A stretch of DNA of 64,000 bases. Origin: Rhynchobatus australiae. Taxonomy: Eukaryota. The position numbers and the translations under genes were made by a program. The DNA lies in the NCBI GenBank assembly GCA_034780895.1, contig JAUZTB010000098.1, positions 89,120,201 to 89,184,200 of the forward strand, given 5' to 3'. Every line of letters begins with the position of its first letter. Position 1 is the first letter of the stretch. The notes beneath the pieces were generated by a model that saw only the letters and a list, made by a program, of their open reading frames with translations, did no database searches and was not told the origin of the DNA. Positions 58,201 to 64,000 of this stretch are shown here, piece after piece.

Positions 58201-59230
58201 ATCTAGTATCCTGCAATATGAGTGGTAGGACCCCCCCTGGACTCAAGCTAAGAGAACACTTTGAACAGAAAACCGTGTAGTCCAATGCCATGAAGCCAAC
58301 TCTGAGCATCCACAGTGATTCAAGAAATTCAATGATCTCAGACAGATGGTAAAGGTCAGTGAATATATCATATTTTATCAGCTGCAATGCACAACTAGTG
58401 TCACCCATTGTATAATTCATCACAGCTTTGTCAGCTAATAACCAAACCTACTATTTATACACTATACATCACCTTCCAGACTGCTGCAAGTCACACACAC
58501 AGATCTCACTACTTTTGCCTACTGCTAGCCTAACAAATATGATAGAAAATTGGCACAGCCTCTGATACACTTCCTTTTTTCTCGCTGGATAAGGTGATGT
58601 AAGTCCAGAAACAGCAGGGTCCCATTTGCATCGGCACAAACCAACCCTCCTGGAGGTGACATTACAGGCCATATACTAAACCAGTCTTTGCAAAGGCTGT
58701 GGCCAGCTCAATAGCTGAAATGATGTATTTTCAAACAATGATGTATTTTCATACCTAATTCTTACCCTTACATCTCAAAAATCTTTTCTGAATTACAAGC
58801 TGCAGGTAGCTTAAGCCTAAACCTCTCATTCCTATCCTCTCTCTACAACCGTTCTGCATGACTTTCTCCTTAGGAACCAGGATATCCCCCTGACCAGAGA
58901 AAGAGGAACAGCAAAACGACAGTGGGTGATAAAGCTGGATCACAACTTGATTTCACACATAAAGAGCCACTGGCCTGAATCCTGACACGGTGTAACTTAG
59001 CGAATAGCACTGTAGAAGATCTGCAGTGTAATACATTGAGCATGAGTGGCTTTCAGCCACGGCAGTCATAGACTAGCTCTGATGCCACCTCATCAGAGAG
59101 CTAGTTCACACACATTCCACTGCAGAGGTTGCAGATATGTATTTTGAAAAGGCATCTTGAAGGTTGATGAGTATACACAATAAAATTGAAGGTAAATTCA
59201 GATGCTTGTTAGAAAGCTTGCATTCATTAT

Positions 59231-59505
59231 GGCAGCACGGTAGCATAGCGGTTAGCGTGACCCTATTACAGTGCCAGCGACCTGAGTTCNNNNNNNNNNN
59301 NNNNNNNNNNNNNNNNNNNNNNNNNNNNNNNNNNNNNNNNNNNNNNNNNNNNNNNNNNNNNNNNNNNNNNNNNNNNNNNNNNNNNNNNNGGGTGCTCCGG
59401 TTTCCTCCCACATTCCAAAGACGTACGGGTAGGTTAACATGGGTTTAAAATGGGCAGCGCAGACTCGTTAGGCCAGAAGGGCCTGTTATCACGCTATAAA
59501 TAAAA
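59231..59505 (+). mobile_element. tRNA-derived V-SINE (HE1-like), gap in the middle
   Basis: A-box-like GGTAGCATAGCGG, start of a B-box GAGTTC, V domain GGTGCTCCGGTTTCCTCCCACA, CR1-type tail GGCCAGAAGGGCCTGTT. Confidence 0.85.
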
Positions 59506-60479
59506 TTTGAATTAAAAAAAGTATCAAGGAGTACAAATCCAACATTGTCTCATTTCAGCCCTTTTCATGGAGCTTGGAGGCCTTCCTTTCTTGTGCAGGA
59601 TTGGTGGCCTAATTCCTCTCACTTCCGTGGATTCAACCATGTTGTGTTAGTCACTGACTGGCATAGTGATCTGGCTGCTCTATATACTTTTAGTTGATCT
59701 TAGTTTCTGGTACACTCTTACCTTCATTTGTGTGAGTCTGAACGGACTCACTACTGAAGTGATCATACAAAATAGCTCAAAATATCAGGCAACAACTGAG
59801 CAAATTACATTGTTGGGGATGATGTTCATGAACCTCAGTTATGTGTACAGATCATTTGGCATTTGAATAGTCGAAGGGTTATTTGGCTAGGCTTCCAAGT
59901 GAATTATAATTCTTTTTCATCAACATGATTATTCATTTCACAGTCTGTTAAGGTGAATAAAACATACTGATTATCGTTGTACTGTGAAGATATTTTATTC
60001 TGCAGTTAGAAACAAAATGACTAGCAAGAAGGAGGGAACCATATAGGGTTAAAATATATATGTTATAATTGGAAAACACAGAATTTATCCAAATGAATTG
60101 ACATTATTACAAAGATTTGCAGAGTGGAATTTTACCCCTAGAAATATTTAAACAATTATCCAATGAGAGAACCACAGCTCAGTGGTCTTGGCAAAGACTA
60201 ACAGTCAACAACTTCAACATACATGATGAACAAAAGAAATATTATTATAAAGACTTGTTAATTTCCTGTGGCGTTGCTCACAAAGAAATGATAAAAACAT
60301 GGTTTTCTCTTTCTGCTTCTTAAGAATGAGAAAAAGCTCTTCCCTAACCAGCAATTATCTTTCTGCATTCCCTCTTAATCTGCAACTCTCATTCTTCCTT
60401 CTGCTTTTACATTATTTCTCTGTCCTTACATATTTTCTTTTGCTATTCTTGCAGTATTATTAATTAATTCTAGCTTTCA

Positions 60480-61060
60480 CATTTTCCCTTTGCTCATATT
60501 CCTCCAGTACCAATGACTCAGCCTCCACAGCTGTCTGGTGGAGTGAATTCTAAAGATTCATAACCCCCGAGAGATTTTTCCTCCTCATTTCAATCTGAAA
60601 TGGGCAACCCTGTATTCTAAAACTATGTTCCCTAGTTCCAGATACCCCACTAAGTGTAACATCCTCTCAGTATCCACCCTGCCAATCCTCCTCAGAATTT
60701 TATATGTTTCAACAAGATCACTTCTCATTCTTCTATCCTCCAATGGGTTTAGAGCCAACCTTTCTTCCTATATCAAGCACTTCAAGCAAGGAATAAACTT
60801 AGTGAAATTTCTTTCACTTTCTTCAATGCAAGTACATCCTTCCTTAAGTATGGAGACCATGATTGTATGCAGTACTTCAGGTGTGGTCTCACCAGCACCT
60901 TGTAACATGGCACCAAAATGTTTCTTCTTTTACACTCCATATCCCTCACATCTGAAGGCCAACATTCTATTAGCCTTGCTAATTACTTGTTGCAGTTGCG
61001 TACAAACATCTTGCATTTCATGTACTAGGATTTCCAGATTCCTTTGTACTATAACATTTT
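60480..61060 (-). mobile_element. CR1-clade LINE 3' region
   Basis: The reverse strand contains ctggtgagaccacacctgaagtactgc (LVRPHLKYC), agaagaatgagaagtgatcttgttgaaacatataaaattctgagg (RRMRSDLVETYKILR) and gctgtggaggctgagtca. Confidence 0.82.
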
Positions 61061-61244
61061 GTAGCCACAAGATAGCACTGGATTAGAGATGGATGGGAGA
61101 GAAAAGCAGGTATGAATAAAAAAAGAGCTAAGATTAAGGGAGCTGGTGTAAAATGCCTCGGAGAAAGTGACTGAGTACTTGGACAAATTTGAATGGAACA
61201 GGAGGCGAGTAAGTAGGAGGAGTTAGTCATGTTGGAATAACATA

Positions 61245-61720
61245 GTTTATTTCTTATTTGAAGAGGTCACCATCAGGGTAGGGGTGGCATCGGTAGGGGT
61301 GGCATCTCTGGATATCAGCAAAATGGGCTTTCATAAAGCATTTAATAAGGTTTTGTACAAGGTACTATTAGCAAAATGCATGTTCAAAGATTTGGAGGTA
61401 ACTGTGTGGAAAGAGATGGCCATTGGTTGGAATACAGAAGGTGGAAGAAAGGATGAAAGAAATATTCCCCAATTGATGCATGCCGTTTTCCATGCATCTC
61501 AGATTTTCAGCTTGTACATAAAACACACACATGCATATAACTCTTCCCTCGTGCTTTCATATCATTGTAAGATGTGAGGCACAGGAAACTGTCTGGATGA
61601 AATATGGAAGTTTGAAATTTGAGCTCTGGCAGGTGAAGTTGAATATAGAGAACTCTGGGACTGGAAAAGACAATTTAGAATATTTCCTAACCTGCAAAGG
61701 TCTAGGAATCATGGGAAAAC
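61245..61720 (+). mobile_element. Highly decayed CR1 RT fragment
   Basis: FEEVT...MGFHKAFNKVLYKVLLAK (similar to MDFQKAFDKVPHKRLL); contains a 15-bp tandem duplication, GGTAGGGGTGGCATC. Confidence 0.55.
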
Positions 61721-61764
61721 CTTCAGAATCATGGTTCTATGTATGAGAAACACAATTTCTTGGT

Positions 61765-62720
61765 GACAGGAGGCGGGGGGGTAGTGGCTGATGGGTGTTT
61801 CTCTGACTTGAGGTCTATAATGAGTGGTGTACTGCAGGGATGGTTGCACGGATCATTGTTGTTTGTCATATATTTATATATAAATGATTTGGATGAGAAT
61901 GAAGGTGGGCTGATTAGTCCATTTGCTGACAAAACTAAAATCGGTGTAGTAGATAGCAAAGAAAATTGTGATACTGAGGGACATTGATCAGTTGGAAAGT
62001 TGGGTGGAATGGTGGCAGATGGAATTTAGCCCAGACATGTGTGAGCTGATGTATTTTGGAATGTCAAATACAGTAAATGGCAGGGACCTTGGGAGTGTTG
62101 ATGTACAGAGGGACCTTGAAGTGCAAATTCATAGCTCACTGAAAGTGGTGACACAGATAAGGTAGTGAAGAAGGCATTCAGCATGCTTGTATTTATAATC
62201 TGATCACATATAAGCTCATAAACTTGCCTTACAAGTCATGTTAAGGCTGTACAAAACATTGGCCAGGCTGCACCTGGAGTATTGTGTACAGTACTGATCA
62301 CCACACTAGAGGAAGGATGTGCTAGCATTACAAAGAGTGCAAAAGAGATTCACCAGGATGTTGCCTGGAATGGAGGAATTTACTTGTAAGGAGAAATTGG
62401 ATTGACTGAATTTATTCTCAATGGAATGTAGAAGGCTGAAGGTTGACCTTAGAGAAGTTCATAAAACTAAGAGGGGCATTGATAGGGTAGATTGTCAGAG
62501 CCTTCTTCCTAGGGTGGGGAAGTCTAAAACTAAAGGGCATTGGTATAAGGTGAGAGGGGAGAAATTTAAAGGAGATCTGAGGGAAAACTTTTTCCATATA
62601 GAGGACGGTTCAATAATAATATCGCAAGGGTTGGTCAATGGAGTTGACCTTAGGTCAGGTCAACTTTAATCTAAATAAATGGTGGAAGAGGCCCGAGAAT
62701 TGAATGGCCTACTCTATTAT
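61765..62720 (+). mobile_element. CR1-clade LINE, RT to 3' end, decayed
   Basis: SGVLQG..LLFVIYLYINDLDEN..GLISPFADKTKIG; RDIDQLESWVEWWQMEFSPDMCELMYFG; RRLKVDLREVHK...TKGHWYKVRGEKFKGDLRENFF. Confidence 0.9.
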
Positions 62721-63734
62721 TTTAAAAAAGTAAGGGCTGTGACTCAGCAGATACTTTTTTTAAGGGGCCTTAAACCAAGAAGAAGGAATGTGGTTTCCAG
62801 AGTAAAGAAGATGTAAGATGCCAAAATTAGTAACCGTAAACACAGATTCTAAAAAATTCATAGAATATGGAATTAACTTGTTACCTTCAATATGAAGTTA
62901 TTGAAGAATGGAACCTTCCACATGCTGCGGCCAATTGAAAAAAATCACAAGTCAATGTTTAAGATCAATTTATCTCTGTAGCAATGAGAGTAGACCAGGT
63001 ATTTTTCTGAGCAATGTACATGCCATCTATTGCTCAAACACTCTCCAATCAAACCCAGCTGTCAGCTCTGCACACGCAATAGTGAAATGGGGAATTCCTT
63101 TTCCTACCGGAAGCAAGTTCCATTCTAACAATTCCTATACCTGCCCTCATGCTTCAGCTGAAGATTCTTTTTTCATTATTGATGAACTGTTGAAAACAAT
63201 CTGGCTGTATTCAAAGCCCAACCCCACCCTCTCACCTCCCATGATCTCAGTGTTGGGTAATGAGCAATTACTAATGTGCAAGTTGAAGCACTGCAGCATC
63301 CCTGGAAATATACGTAAAATGCTTTATAGAAATGCAACTGGAAAAAGCTATGAGCCAAAATGAATATTTACAATTTTGATGTTTCAGAGGGTTGGTATTG
63401 CAATGTTAATTTAATCTATAGCACATTTTATACTTGACTTCAGTGGATGATTCTAATTTATCTTTTTGGCTAAAATGGGCAAGGTTCTCTCTAACACCTA
63501 CACAATGCATTTCTGGACGAGTGAAGAACAAACCTCTTCCCATGTGTCAATTATGCAGTTCTATTTTGGATATCAGGGAGTCTGATATGGGTGTCTGCTG
63601 CTGATGTTCTTTGTCCTGCAAGTAAGTGTCTGCCCTTCACTTTATTTCTCTAGAGCAGCAAAGATAAGAACTGATCTGTTACAACTGTTAGAACATTAGC
63701 TAATGTCTTAAGGGTACACAAAAGCAGCCCTGGG

Positions 63735-63968
63735 TGATGAGCGTAGCGGTTAGCGTAACACTATTACAACACCAGCGATCAGGGTTCAATTCGTGCTGCT
63801 GTCTGTAAGGAGTTTGTACGTTCTCCCTGTGACCACGTGACTTTCCTCTGGCTGCTCTGGTTTCCTCCCACATTCCAAAGACATATGGGTTAGTAGGTTA
63901 ACATGGGGGTAATTGGGCGGCACGGGCTCATTGGGCCGGAAGGGCCTGTTACCATACTGTATAAATAA
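63735..63968 (+). mobile_element. tRNA-derived V-SINE (HE1-like)
   Basis: AGCGTAGCGGTTAGCG A-box region, GGTTCAATTC B-box, GAGTTTGTACGTTCTCCC...CTGGTTTCCTCCCACA V domain, GGGCCGGAAGGGCCTGTT tail; closely similar to 59231-59505. Confidence 0.88.
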
Positions 63969-64000
63969 AGGGTTTTTTAAAGTTCTTTAACTGTTACTTG

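Larger units (their letters stand above)
42797..64000 (-). other. GMDS: Large GMDS intron, upstream of the penultimate exon
   Basis: It begins at the exon's acceptor. I recognised no further GMDS exon (expected ...YYRPTEV) before the window end, and the corresponding human intron is very large. Confidence 0.75.

Noticed and set aside
63735-63800. tRNA gene (also at 59231-59289)
   Set aside because: The A/B-box head continues into a V domain and LINE tail, so it is a SINE head, not a cloverleaf tRNA.

Overview
This is vertebrate nuclear DNA, almost certainly from a cartilaginous fish (shark or ray), judged from its repeat content: CR1/HER1-type LINEs, V-SINEs, Rex1/Babar, Penelope, RTE and Deu-domain SINE remnants. 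It is a draft assembly with 13 N-gaps. Two genes are supportable. The first is an intact single-exon FOXC1 (27104-28525, +). The second is the last two coding exons of GMDS (42608-42796 and 42200-42262, -), convergent with FOXC1; everything right of 42797 appears to be one large GMDS intron. Both lie in a roughly 25 kb CpG-retaining, almost transposon-free domain (about 18.4-43.5 kb). That domain has two forward CTCF motifs at its left side and several enhancer-like motif clusters, and it is flanked by repeat-dense, CpG-depleted DNA. I found no convincing novel protein-coding or defence-type system. The best leads are regulatory architecture, FOXC1/FOXC2 ancestral residues, a GATA-palindrome minisatellite, retroelement tail sharing and nesting, and an assembly artefact that splits a GMDS exon. 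Repeat family names and comparisons with human come from recalled consensus sequences, not database searches, and repeat boundaries are approximate.
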